NCBI GenBank assembly: GCA_965207225.1
Contig: CBDBLV010000005.1
Span: 1,568,001 to 1,632,000, forward strand
Length of the DNA stretch: 64,000 bases
Source of the DNA: Dehalococcoidia bacterium
GTDB lineage: Bacteria; Chloroflexota; Dehalococcoidia; Plut-88900
Direction: 5' to 3'
Part shown: piece after piece, positions 40,343 to 49,722 of the stretch
Numbering within the stretch: position 1 is the first letter of the stretch
Layout of the letters: each line of letters begins with the position of its first letter
Program-made: the position numbers and the translations under genes
Notes under the pieces: model-generated
Told to the model about the DNA's origin: nothing
Databases searched by the model: none
What the model saw: the letters and a program-made list of their open reading frames with translations, nothing else

Positions 40343-41275
40343 TTACCTGACTCTAGGCAGGACCTCTTTGGCAAAGGTCTCGTACAAATCCTCTATCTGT
40401 TCGGCGGGGCACTTTGCCGTAATGATGATATGGGTAAGGCCCGCGTCAATGTAACGTTGGATGCTCTCGGAGCAGTCATCCACCGTACCGAAGGCATAGC
40501 AGCCTTCCCCGACAGGTCTCGGGTCCCGCCCTGCGCCCTCCCGCACCACCCGACTCAACGTCTCCCACGCCTTTTCCCGTGACTCGCCGAGGCACGTGTA
40601 CATCAGGCATGCCCAGTCCATCCCCTCCGGCTCTCGTCCGAAGGACAGAGCGTAATCTGAGATTTTATCCATGCAGTCCTTGTAGATCTGCGCAGGAGCG
40701 CTATTCAGGAATCCATCGGCAAACTTTCCGGCCCGCCTCAGAGGGCCTTCCCTCAGCTTTCCGTCCCAGAACGCCGATGTCCAGATTGGCAGGCTGTTCT
40801 TCTGCACGGGTCTGGGCAGGACGGTGAGTTCTTCGAAGCTGAAGTGGTCACCGCGATGCGTTACGTTTGTTTCATGGACCAGCCTGCGGAGCACTTCGAG
40901 GGCCTCGTCATTGATCTTCGCCCTGGAAACGCCGCCCACCTGTGCCGCCTGCAGGTCCTTCTGGAAGACCCCGAGCCCCGTCCCCAGAATGAACCGGCCA
41001 TTGGACATGGCATCCAGGGAGAGAGCGGTCTTTGCCAGCTGGACGGGAGGCCTGGCGGGAAGAATCAGGACGCTGGTCCCGAGCCCGATGCGGCTTGTCC
41101 TCGCCGCCGCCCCCGACATGATTACCAGGGGGTCTAGGTCGGGGGTGGTGAGGAGGTCGGGGGCCCAGAAGGAGTCATAGCCCCAGCCCTCCAGCTTTTC
41201 GGCGAGGGTCGCCGGGTCAACAAGGGTCGGGAGAGTCGACCTAGGGTAGGTGGCCCCAAACCGTATTGCAGGCAT
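40343..41275 (-). CDS. LLM-class flavin-dependent oxidoreductase
   Basis: GYDSFWAPD, RIGLGTSV, SNGRFILGTGLG, LPRPVQ. Confidence 0.92.
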   Translation of the reverse strand: MPAIRFGATYPRSTLPTLVDPATLAEKLEGWGYDSFWAPDLLTTPDLDPLVIMSGAAARTSRIGLGTSVLILPARPPVQLAKTALSLDAMSNGRFILGTGLGVFQKDLQAAQVGGVSRAKINDEALEVLRRLVHETNVTHRGDHFSFEELTVLPRPVQKNSLPIWTSAFWDGKLREGPLRRAGKFADGFLNSAPAQIYKDCMDKISDYALSFGREPEGMDWACLMYTCLGESREKAWETLSRVVREGAGRDPRPVGEGCYAFGTVDDCSESIQRYIDAGLTHIIITAKCPAEQIEDLYETFAKEVLPRVR

Positions 41276-41299
41276 CGGCAAGCGGGTAGGCCGGTACCC

Positions 41300-42994
41300 C
41301 TAGCCGACCATATCGCGGCTGCGGAGGAGATGGCCGGGCAGTGCGCCCGTGCAGTCGTTCCCTTCGAAGGTGACCTGGCCGTTTACTATGGTGTAGCGGA
41401 GGCCGGTCGGTTTCTGGATAAGGCGGCGCTCGTCACCCGGGAAGTCGTGGGCAAAGATCACCTTGTCGTAGAGGAAGCCCAACTCCTCAAGGTTGTAGAC
41501 CATGATGTCGGCCCAGTTACCGACCTGAAGTGTGCCGCGGTCCTTGAAGTCTGCGAACCAGGCGGGCATGGTGCTCATCTTGTAGTGGGCCTGCTCCAGC
41601 GACATGATCTCCCTGTCTCTGATCCAGAACATGAGCCAGTAAACGGGCCACGTACTTCCGGTGGCAAACCTAGTGTGGGCACCACCATCGGAAACGGAGA
41701 TGTGACCGTAGGGGTCCTTGAACCGCCGGGCGGCCTTTTCTATGACGTCCTCGGAGCGCATGGTGGGGAGGGCGAAAACAGTTTCCAGGTCTTCGTCCAA
41801 GGCAAGATCGAGGAAGGCGTCGACGGGATGCTTGCCGGTCATTTCGGCGACCTCGCTGATGGTCCTGCCCTCGAACTGGACGTTGCGCTCGTGTTCCGTC
41901 TCCAACACCTTGACGATGTTCCAGGTGGTGCGGAAGTGGGGGATTTTCTCCACGTCGTCCTTCATAGCCTGGCGGGTCTCCGGGACTCTTAGCTTGGCGG
42001 CGCGTTCCTCGGGGCTGCCGACGAGGGGTTGCACCCAGTTGGGCATGTAGTCGTAGAGGTTGTACTCGGCGAGCTTGAACTCGCTGTCGAAGGGGGTGCA
42101 GACCAACTGGGTGACGAGGGGTAGGTTATCGGCTCGACAGGCCTTCAACCAGTCCCTGCCCTCGCCTAACTGCGCATCCAGCAGATGCAGGGGGCGACCG
42201 CTCCTTCTCATCAACTGTTCGCTCAGGTCACGGGCTCCGGTGCGTTCTTCCAGCGTGAGACCTGATCCAATGGTGACTCCGATATGACCCACTCCGAAGC
42301 CCCGCATGACGTCTGCCAGGGCGAGGAATTCTTCATCTGAGGCGACGACGGTCGGGAGGACGCTGCCGTCTTCGGCACGGTCTTCGAGGTTCTTGTCCAG
42401 GGCGAAGCCGAATGCGCCTGCCTGCATGGCTTCGTGGAAGATTTGCTTCATTTCGTTCAGTTCGGAGTCGGTGACGGATGTGCGTTCCCGTGCGGGATAC
42501 ATTCCCAGGACATATCCGCGCATGGGGGAGAAGGGAAACAGGGCCCCGACATTCAAACCGAGACCCTGTTTTTCAAGGCTGTCGAGATATTCCGGGAAGG
42601 TCTCCCAGTCCCAGCGCATTCCGAGGCGCATGGACTTGAGGGGTATGGCCTCGATGCGGTCCATCATGCGCATATTGAGGTCCCGGTCCTCGGGGCGGGT
42701 GGGGGCGAAGCCGAAGCCACACTGGCCGATGGTGAGGGAAGTTACGCCGAACCAGCCGGAAAGGGAGGCGTAGGGGTCCCAGTTGAGTTGTGCGTCGTAG
42801 TGGGTATGAAGGTCTATGGCCCCGGGGGCGACGTAGCAGCCCGAGGCGTCGATCTCTTTTGCGGCGCCGGCAGGGATGTTGCCGCTGATCATTGCGACCC
42901 GGCCGTCCTTCACGGCCACGTCTGCCCGGTGCCGGGGGACGCCCGTGCCGTCGATAACCGTGCCGCCCCTGATAACCAGGTCGTACTCTCTCAT
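41300..42994 (-). CDS. N-acyl-D-amino-acid deacylase-like amidohydrolase
   Basis: DLVIRGGTVIDGTG, PGAIDLHTHYDAQ, SDGGAH. Confidence 0.9.
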   Translation of the reverse strand: MREYDLVIRGGTVIDGTGVPRHRADVAVKDGRVAMISGNIPAGAAKEIDASGCYVAPGAIDLHTHYDAQLNWDPYASLSGWFGVTSLTIGQCGFGFAPTRPEDRDLNMRMMDRIEAIPLKSMRLGMRWDWETFPEYLDSLEKQGLGLNVGALFPFSPMRGYVLGMYPARERTSVTDSELNEMKQIFHEAMQAGAFGFALDKNLEDRAEDGSVLPTVVASDEEFLALADVMRGFGVGHIGVTIGSGLTLEERTGARDLSEQLMRRSGRPLHLLDAQLGEGRDWLKACRADNLPLVTQLVCTPFDSEFKLAEYNLYDYMPNWVQPLVGSPEERAAKLRVPETRQAMKDDVEKIPHFRTTWNIVKVLETEHERNVQFEGRTISEVAEMTGKHPVDAFLDLALDEDLETVFALPTMRSEDVIEKAARRFKDPYGHISVSDGGAHTRFATGSTWPVYWLMFWIRDREIMSLEQAHYKMSTMPAWFADFKDRGTLQVGNWADIMVYNLEELGFLYDKVIFAHDFPGDERRLIQKPTGLRYTIVNGQVTFEGNDCTGALPGHLLRSRDMVG

Positions 42995-43117
42995 GCCGTT
43001 CCTCTTATTACTTTCTTCTCGCAACGTTCCACTTCAATGCTGTGGGCAAGCTCATGTTAGCACATGCCGCGAATGAGCCGTGCGGAGCACCCCGCAAGCC
43101 GGGAGACCACCCGAGAC

Positions 43118-44194
43118 TTAGCCTCCCACATCCTCAAAAAACACCTCATCACAAGGCTCCCCCTCCTCCCTTAACGCCGCCTGCGACACCCTTATCCCCC
43201 GCCCGACAATCTTCGCCATCATCTCCACGAAGCCAAACATCGCATGGTGTATTTCGACCGGCGCTTTCTGTGCTTCAAATAATCGCCTGCGGGTTGTACG
43301 CAGGACGTATTTGTCCGGGGAGGGCGAAAATAGCTCGGACTCGTCTCCGGCCATGTCGGCTAGATGCTTCATGAACGTTGCCATAGACCTGGCGTTGGAG
43401 CCTTCTACATCCATTTCTGACAAGAGCTCCCGCCCGTACTGGATAGCGATGCCCTCGTATGACTTGCGGACGATCCGGGCAACGGTATCGAGGTCCAGGA
43501 TATCCAGCAGGGAGAGGACGGACTCCTCGACGTACCCCCGACCAAAATTCCTCTTCGACTTGGCTATCCGGTCCGGAGGCCAGACCTCTGGGTCCAGTTT
43601 CGGCGCAGTCTCCGGGTCAAACGGAGGCATCGTCTCCGAGGGATCGAACCTGAATCGCTCTTCGGGCGTGAGTTCATGGTCGTATTCCATGAAATAGCCT
43701 TCGGCGTATGGTTCACCGTCGGCAAACCCCCGACACAACACGAATCCAAGTTTCGGCTTGTTGAGCCGCACCCCGTTGTACGGGTGCCACCCCTCGAACG
43801 GCGCCCGACCCACGCTCGCCGGATTTGCAAGCCACCCCGTCCCGTCCGGAACGTAGGGCGAGTTGTATCGTATCCATGCCTTCTTCGGCGATTCCACCAC
43901 CATCTCTAGGTCAATCCCACCGAGCCCGTTGGAGAAGTAGTGGTACTTCGCGGCGACCACCGCAGGAGGTTCGGTGTCCGGGTCAATGCCCAGCTTCTTC
44001 AGCCCTTCGATGAAATGCCCTGACTGGTGTCGGTTGAGCATCTTGAAACGCCAATCGACGACGGTATCTTCGCCATGCCGGAAGAGTGTGACCACGGTCA
44101 TGCCTCCGACCCAGAGCCAGTAAAGATTGGAAATGAAGTCGCATTTACGCTGGAGCGACCACTGGTCGGGGGTGGGGGTGTTATCGAGTGACAT
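43118..44194 (-). CDS. Hypothetical protein
   Basis: 358-aa ORF co-oriented within a catabolic operon. Confidence 0.8.
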   Translation of the reverse strand: MSLDNTPTPDQWSLQRKCDFISNLYWLWVGGMTVVTLFRHGEDTVVDWRFKMLNRHQSGHFIEGLKKLGIDPDTEPPAVVAAKYHYFSNGLGGIDLEMVVESPKKAWIRYNSPYVPDGTGWLANPASVGRAPFEGWHPYNGVRLNKPKLGFVLCRGFADGEPYAEGYFMEYDHELTPEERFRFDPSETMPPFDPETAPKLDPEVWPPDRIAKSKRNFGRGYVEESVLSLLDILDLDTVARIVRKSYEGIAIQYGRELLSEMDVEGSNARSMATFMKHLADMAGDESELFSPSPDKYVLRTTRRRLFEAQKAPVEIHHAMFGFVEMMAKIVGRGIRVSQAALREEGEPCDEVFFEDVGG

Positions 44195-44242
44195 CTCTGT
44201 TCCTGCTTCTTCGCACGGACCACATATTTCCAGCTGAGACCA

Positions 44243-45550
44243 TCATACAGGCGGCCGGGTCACCATCAGCCCGGCTTCCTTTAGCCTGTCGATCTCTGCG
44301 TGCTTCATCCCCAGCAGCTCCCTCGCCACATATTCGTTGTGCTCACCGAGCATGGGGGCGGCCCTGTGCAGCACAACCGGAGTCTTCGACATCTGGAACG
44401 GAGCCCCGAGAAACTGCTGCGTCCCCGCTTTGGCATGGGGGACATCCCAGATGTAGCCCCGGTCCTTCAGGTGAGGGTCCTCCGCCACGTCCTGGTTGGT
44501 AAACACCGCTGCGGCGGCTATCCCCCTCGCCTGTAGCGAATGCATTACTTCCTTGTAGTCCTTGTCAGCCGTCCACCGCGAGATGTGGGAGTCCAGTTCG
44601 TCATAGTTGGCGCGTCGGCCTTCCTGGGTTGCGAACTTGTCTGAGCGTGCCCATTCAGGACCCCCGACCACCTCGCAAAACGACTCCCATTCCTCCTCAC
44701 CCTCCACCGAGATTGCCACCCACTTGTCCTCCCCCCGACACCTGTAACACCCGTAAGGAGCGAACTCTGAATGCCTGTTCCCGATTCTCTCAGGCTCTTC
44801 TCCGTTCATGCTGTAGGCCACGATGTGCTCCCCTATCAGCCCGATCATCGACTCGCTCTGCGCCAGGTCCACGTACTGCCCCCGACCTGTCCGACGCCTA
44901 TAGAACAAGGCAGTCAGAATGGCCTGGGCGGCGTGTACGCCCGCGCTCGGGTCTGCGTATGCTTCACCGTGCCGCAAGGGCCCCGACCCCTCGTAACCCA
45001 TTAGATTGGTGATGCCCGCGTTCGGCTCTATGTCGCTGCCGTAGCTCACGAAGTGGCCCTGTGGCCCGTAGGTCCCGAAGCCCGGCATCGACACCATGAT
45101 TATGCCCGGGTTCAGCTTCCTCAGCGACTCGTAGTCAAACCCGAAGTTCCTCATCACCCGTGCGCTGTAGTTCTCCAGCACCACGTCCGAAATCAGCACG
45201 AGGTTGCGGAATATCTCCTTGCATTCCTTGGCGGTCAGGTCGAGCGTGAGGCTCAATTTGTTGCGGTGATATTCGTTGAAGGCGCCATAGCGGTTGTAGG
45301 GTTCGTCTCCGGGGTCGTTGTCGGGATAGGCTGCATGGACGACGCGCATGTATTTCAGGGGTTGAGGTGGGTCGACACTCGCCAGCCCCCGACCCGTCGG
45401 CGCTTCGACCTTGATTACCTCGGCCCCGAAGTCGGCCAGGAACCTGCCCCCGATCGGCCCCGCCCAGCCCCGGGTCAGGTCCAGCGCCCGTATACCACTC
45501 AGCGCCGACTGTTTTGCTCCATTTCTAATGCGTGAAGCAGTTCGTTCCAT
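44243..45550 (-). CDS. Class III CoA-transferase subunit
   Basis: LSGIRALDL, RNKLSLTLDL, AYADPSAG. Confidence 0.93.
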   Translation of the reverse strand: MERTASRIRNGAKQSALSGIRALDLTRGWAGPIGGRFLADFGAEVIKVEAPTGRGLASVDPPQPLKYMRVVHAAYPDNDPGDEPYNRYGAFNEYHRNKLSLTLDLTAKECKEIFRNLVLISDVVLENYSARVMRNFGFDYESLRKLNPGIIMVSMPGFGTYGPQGHFVSYGSDIEPNAGITNLMGYEGSGPLRHGEAYADPSAGVHAAQAILTALFYRRRTGRGQYVDLAQSESMIGLIGEHIVAYSMNGEEPERIGNRHSEFAPYGCYRCRGEDKWVAISVEGEEEWESFCEVVGGPEWARSDKFATQEGRRANYDELDSHISRWTADKDYKEVMHSLQARGIAAAAVFTNQDVAEDPHLKDRGYIWDVPHAKAGTQQFLGAPFQMSKTPVVLHRAAPMLGEHNEYVARELLGMKHAEIDRLKEAGLMVTRPPV

Positions 45551-45566
45551 GCCATGCCATGCAGAC

Positions 45567-46781
45567 TTAGATTACCTTGGATGCTCCAAGCCGGGACATA
45601 TCGTCTAGGCTCATACCCAGGATATTGGTGTAAACGTCCTCGTTATGCTCCCCGAGCAGCGGCGCCCGGGCCAGTTGGTACGGCGTCTCGCTCATCTTGA
45701 ATGGTGCGCCGGGGTAGGTCTGCCGGCCGGCATACGGGTGCTCAACGTGCATCCAGAAGTCACGGGCAGAAAGCTGGGGATCGGTCATCAGCTGCCCGCA
45801 GTTATTGAATCTTCCGGACGGAATCCTCAACTCCTGCGCCCGACCTACTATCTCGTCAGCCGTATGCTCCATGAGCCACAGCAGCAATATCTCGTCGAAT
45901 TCATCGGCAAGGTTCCACCGATCGTGGCGGTCTGCATACCTGGGTTCGTCCAGCAGGTCGGGTCTTTCTATGAGGAGCATCAGGTTGTCGTACTGGTCAG
46001 GAGTCGCCACGCTGATCGACACGTAACCGTCCTTGCACGGGTAGAGTGACAGGGGATGAATCCCGACCGGGTGTCGGTTCCCTGCTCTTTCGTTAAGGAT
46101 CCCGACGTGAGTCCATACAACTATGGCGAATTCGTGGAAATAGGCCATGGTCTCCATCACGGAAACGTCGATGTACTGCCCCTCCCCCGTGCCCTCCCGC
46201 CAGAATAGCGCGGCGGCAATCGCATTGTAGGCGTGAATCGCTGCTTCGTACTCCGGGATGTGGCCGCTGCCGGTAAGCGGCTCCTTGTCGGGTTCTCCGT
46301 TCATGTACATCAGGCCCGTGACCGCATAGCTGATCATGGAGTTGGATTTGTAGTCCCGGTACGGCCCCGACTGCCCGAACCCCGTGATCGAACCCATGAC
46401 GAGGCCCGGGTTGGTCTCCTTGAGGCTTTCGTAGGACAGGCCCATTTCTGCCATGCAACCGGGCGGCAGGTCCTCCACCAGGACGTCGGCCTTCTCCACC
46501 AGCCTTTTGAATGTCTCCACCCCGGCTTTCGACTCCAGTTCAAGGGTGATGCTCTTTTTACCGGTGTTGAGGTAAAGGAAGGGTGCGCTGGTCTCCGGGT
46601 GGGGTGTGTCGTCGAGAAATGGCCCAGACCGCCGGAAGGCGTCTCCCTGCGTCGGAGGTTCGACTTTGACGACCTCCGCACCGAAGGCTGCCAGGTTCCT
46701 CGTGCAATAGGGAGCGGCCAGCCCCCGGCCAATTTCCAGCACCCTTATTCCTTCCAGGGCCTGGGGTATGGGTGCCTTCAT
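45567..46781 (-). CDS. Class III CoA-transferase subunit (no catalytic Asp)
   Basis: ALEGIRVLE, NTGKKSITL, HIPEYEAA at the Asp position. Confidence 0.9.
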   Translation of the reverse strand: MKAPIPQALEGIRVLEIGRGLAAPYCTRNLAAFGAEVVKVEPPTQGDAFRRSGPFLDDTPHPETSAPFLYLNTGKKSITLELESKAGVETFKRLVEKADVLVEDLPPGCMAEMGLSYESLKETNPGLVMGSITGFGQSGPYRDYKSNSMISYAVTGLMYMNGEPDKEPLTGSGHIPEYEAAIHAYNAIAAALFWREGTGEGQYIDVSVMETMAYFHEFAIVVWTHVGILNERAGNRHPVGIHPLSLYPCKDGYVSISVATPDQYDNLMLLIERPDLLDEPRYADRHDRWNLADEFDEILLLWLMEHTADEIVGRAQELRIPSGRFNNCGQLMTDPQLSARDFWMHVEHPYAGRQTYPGAPFKMSETPYQLARAPLLGEHNEDVYTNILGMSLDDMSRLGASKVI

Positions 46782-46897
46782 TTCGCTCAACCGTTGCCTC
46801 ATCCCTGGAAAGCGACGGGGCCGGGCGTCCCATCGTGACACCCGACCCCACCGGTTCTTTCTATTACCTTGAGAGCAACTCTCTGCTGCTTGACCTG

Positions 46898-48307
46898 CTA
46901 TTCAGACTGCCAGGCTACGAAGCGCTCGATCTCCGCACCCTGGGCTCTGGCCTGCCATACTTCGTCCACGAGCCAGCCATATTGGGCGTTCTCGGGGGAG
47001 GTGGGCAAGAACTGGCGGTCGTCTTCGAATTCAGGGCCGTCAAGGAGCGCCCAGGAGTCCTGGTTGATGGGCGAATACTGGATCTCACCGGAAATTCGGA
47101 CGTTTATCTCCGGGAAGGAGAGCCAAGCCATCACAAGCTGGGTGAGTTCAAACGCCTCGGGGTCCGCCTGCTTCAAGCCACCGGGTATAACCTGCGCGAA
47201 GGTGGTCATCAGGTGGCCGGCTTCCCAGGACATCTGCAGGGGGTCGCCGTTCAGGATGGCGGCCCCGAAACGCCCGTTGCCGGTGAGGCACATGTCCACC
47301 TCTCCGATGATGAGGAACGTGGGACAGTCGGAGGATGACGCCGCCCAGACGTCGATGTGAGGCTTGATGGCATCCAGGTACATGTAGGCCTCATCGATCT
47401 GCTCTTGGCTCAGGGTTCCCTGCGTCGTACCGATGTGCTCGGGGTTTTCACTCCAGTAGGCCGCCGTCACATAGCGCAACCAAGTCCAGCCTCGGCTGTC
47501 CAGGGCCCGGACGCCGGGGAAGTTCTCCACGTCGAAGAAGTCCTTCATCGTTCTAGGCCGGGTCTCTTCCGTGTACGTGTTGGTGCTGTATGCCAGGGGC
47601 TCGGAGGCTATGCCGCCCACTCCGGCGAAGTAGGGGTGGTTCCTCAGAATTCCGGCAAAGTTACGATTATCCACGACGCTCTTGTCGAGAGGTTCTAGGA
47701 GCCCGATCTGGCCAAGTTCGGCGAAGACGGGCGTAGTCCCGAGGGCGAAGGTCCACTCGAAGTTCTGGGTCTCCGCAATCAGCCGCAGTTTCGTGTTCGG
47801 GTTGGCTGTGCCATCCGCAATGACTTCGATCCCGAACTGGTCGGCGATGGGGTCGAAGTAGGCCTTGTTCTCGCCAGCCGTGTAGGCACCGCCCCAGGTG
47901 CCGTAGCTTATCGTCGATCCCCGGAACTTCTCCAGCTCCGCTTCAATCTCTTCTCGGGTTGCCGGGTTGTCGACAGTCCACTCTGCCGGGGGCCTCAGCT
48001 GGGACACGGGCTCCGGCGTGGCAGTGGGCGGAGGCGGTACGGGAGTCGGGGGGACGGGGGTGGGAGGAATTGGGGTTGCCGTCGGCAGGGGGTCCTCACC
48101 TGCTGCAGGCCCTTGCGGGCCCTGGGGTCCGGCGGGTCCGGCGTCTCCGGTGGGGCCAGCGGGTCCGGCGGGGCCAGCGGGTCCGGCAGGACCGGCGGGG
48201 CCAGCAGGGCCTTCACACGCCGCGAGCACCAGCAGCAATGCCAGCATCACGCCGAGCATTCCAATGATAACGCGCCCCTTAGTCATCTTTCGTCCAATCC
48301 TGAGCAT
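46898..48307 (-). CDS. Lipoprotein solute-binding protein (PotD-like) with collagen-like and Pro-rich stalk
   Basis: LLLVLAAC lipobox, 12 Gly-X-Y triplets, PTPVPP linker, TWGGAY...DFFDVENFPGVRAL...GNGR. Confidence 0.88.
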   Translation of the reverse strand: MLRIGRKMTKGRVIIGMLGVMLALLLVLAACEGPAGPAGPAGPAGPAGPAGPTGDAGPAGPQGPQGPAAGEDPLPTATPIPPTPVPPTPVPPPPTATPEPVSQLRPPAEWTVDNPATREEIEAELEKFRGSTISYGTWGGAYTAGENKAYFDPIADQFGIEVIADGTANPNTKLRLIAETQNFEWTFALGTTPVFAELGQIGLLEPLDKSVVDNRNFAGILRNHPYFAGVGGIASEPLAYSTNTYTEETRPRTMKDFFDVENFPGVRALDSRGWTWLRYVTAAYWSENPEHIGTTQGTLSQEQIDEAYMYLDAIKPHIDVWAASSSDCPTFLIIGEVDMCLTGNGRFGAAILNGDPLQMSWEAGHLMTTFAQVIPGGLKQADPEAFELTQLVMAWLSFPEINVRISGEIQYSPINQDSWALLDGPEFEDDRQFLPTSPENAQYGWLVDEVWQARAQGAEIERFVAWQSE

Positions 48308-48411
48308 AATCCCTCCCATATCATAAAGACCGGCTGTTCCCTGGGCACAAGTCGGCATTATGATGGGGCACAGGCCGAGGGGTCAAGCCTACACATCCGG
48401 CCGTATGCCTC

Positions 48412-48783
48412 CTCCCCCTTCTCCCCTGTCATTCCGATGCCCCGCGAGGAATCTGGGGCTGGCAGGGAGGCTGGTCCCCTCCCCTGGGCCGAGGGGCCGC
48501 TCGTGCTGAGGCTACTCGAAGTATGAGCGGAGGGGAGGCCCACGCCTTGCCAACCCGTCTCATTCCTCCATCACCAACCACCCCCTTCTCCCCTGTCATT
48601 CCGATGCCCCGCGAGGAATCTGGGGTTGGGAGGAGGCCGGTCCCATTTCCTGGGCCATGGGGCCGCTCGTGCTGAGGCCCTCGAAGTATGAGCGGGGGGT
48701 GGCCCACGCCTCTCCAAATAGTCACCTCAGTCTGCCATCCACCCACGCGCCTAACTGTCATTCCGATGCCCCGCGAGGAATCT
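48412..48783 (+). repeat. Tandem ~165-bp REP-like units
   Basis: GTCATTCCGATGCCCCGCGAGGAATCT at 48428, 48595 and 48757, alternating with GCTCGTGCTGAGGC..CTCGAAGTATGAGC. Confidence 0.85.
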
Positions 48784-48989
48784 AGGACTTGTCCACTCAC
48801 GCCTTTTACCTCCTCCCCCCTTCCTCTCCCCAGTACTGAACTAGAGGCAGAGGTTGGTGCTTTAGCGCCAACCTCGGCCTCTGTTATTCTCTCCCCCTCT
48901 CCCTTAAAGGCCCTAAGGGAGAGGGGGATAAAGGGGGTGAGGGTTCCCCTGTGGGGCCGGGGGGCATCCTCTCCTCCCAAATGGGACAT

Positions 48990-49018
48990 TTGCACTACCT
49001 GAACCCCCGTGCTATACT
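48990..49018 (+). promoter_or_regulatory. Sigma70-like promoter of MSRI cassette A
   Basis: TTGCAC-17bp-TATACT with extended TG. Confidence 0.65.
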
Positions 49019-49080
49019 ACACCCCAGGCCGCCGACCTCACACCTCGGCGCCCATCACAATGCAGGATCAAAGGAGTCCC

Positions 49081-49722
49081 ATGAGCCGCATAAGCCTATA
49101 TAGGCCCCGTCTCAGCCGAGCGGTATCCCGCCGCCCGGCCACCGGCACGCGCCTCCTCCTAACTCCCTTTTCATTCCCCGTCCTGCACCCCAACACCCAC
49201 AACAAGCGCTGCCCAAAGGCCCAACGCCTGGGCCTTCGCAGCGATCAATCACCGCCCCGCCCTCAATACTGCCTGGTCCCCGTGACCGGCAACGGAAGGT
49301 TCCTTAACTCAAATCGGCTAGCTCTACTTCATGGCCAACACCGTAGAATCAGCGCCCCCGTTCCAGGTCGAATCTACGTAGCCGGCATCGACCTCGCCGG
49401 CGAATCGGAACAACCGGGAGACGTCCGTCTCCAGGGCTTTAAGCCCACCCAAGATTCCACCGTCGTAACTATCGGCGAACTCCAAATGCTTGATGACGGC
49501 CTCGGCTCCAGGCTCCCCGCCCTCTCTGTCGTCGAGCGCCATTGGTGGACGGGGAAGCCCCACACCGAGACCTTTTCGGGCCTTGTCCACCTTCTCAAAG
49601 ACGTTTGGGGCTGCCGCAGGGTGGTCGTCGACGCCATTGGCATTGGCGCAGACGTAGCCGCCTTCCTGCCTAAGACCATAGGACCTTCCATCGTCGTTCC
49701 CCTCACCTTCACCGCCCCGACC
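49081..49722 (+). pseudogene. MSRI leader fused to a terminase large-subunit nuclease fragment
   Basis: AAAGGAG RBS; YVAGIDLAGE, DSTVVTI and VVVDAIGIG RNase H-like terminase motifs; no ATPase domain; frame then runs into repeats. Confidence 0.6.

Noticed and set aside
48412-48783. Possible CRISPR array (27-nt repeat x3)
   Set aside because: The intervening sequences are ~140 nt and similar to each other, copies are dispersed elsewhere, and there are no cas genes; REP-like instead
48429-49002. ORFs over the repeat patch (both strands)
   Set aside because: Translations of repeated palindromes (e.g. DSSRGIGMT recurring); no RBS or domain support
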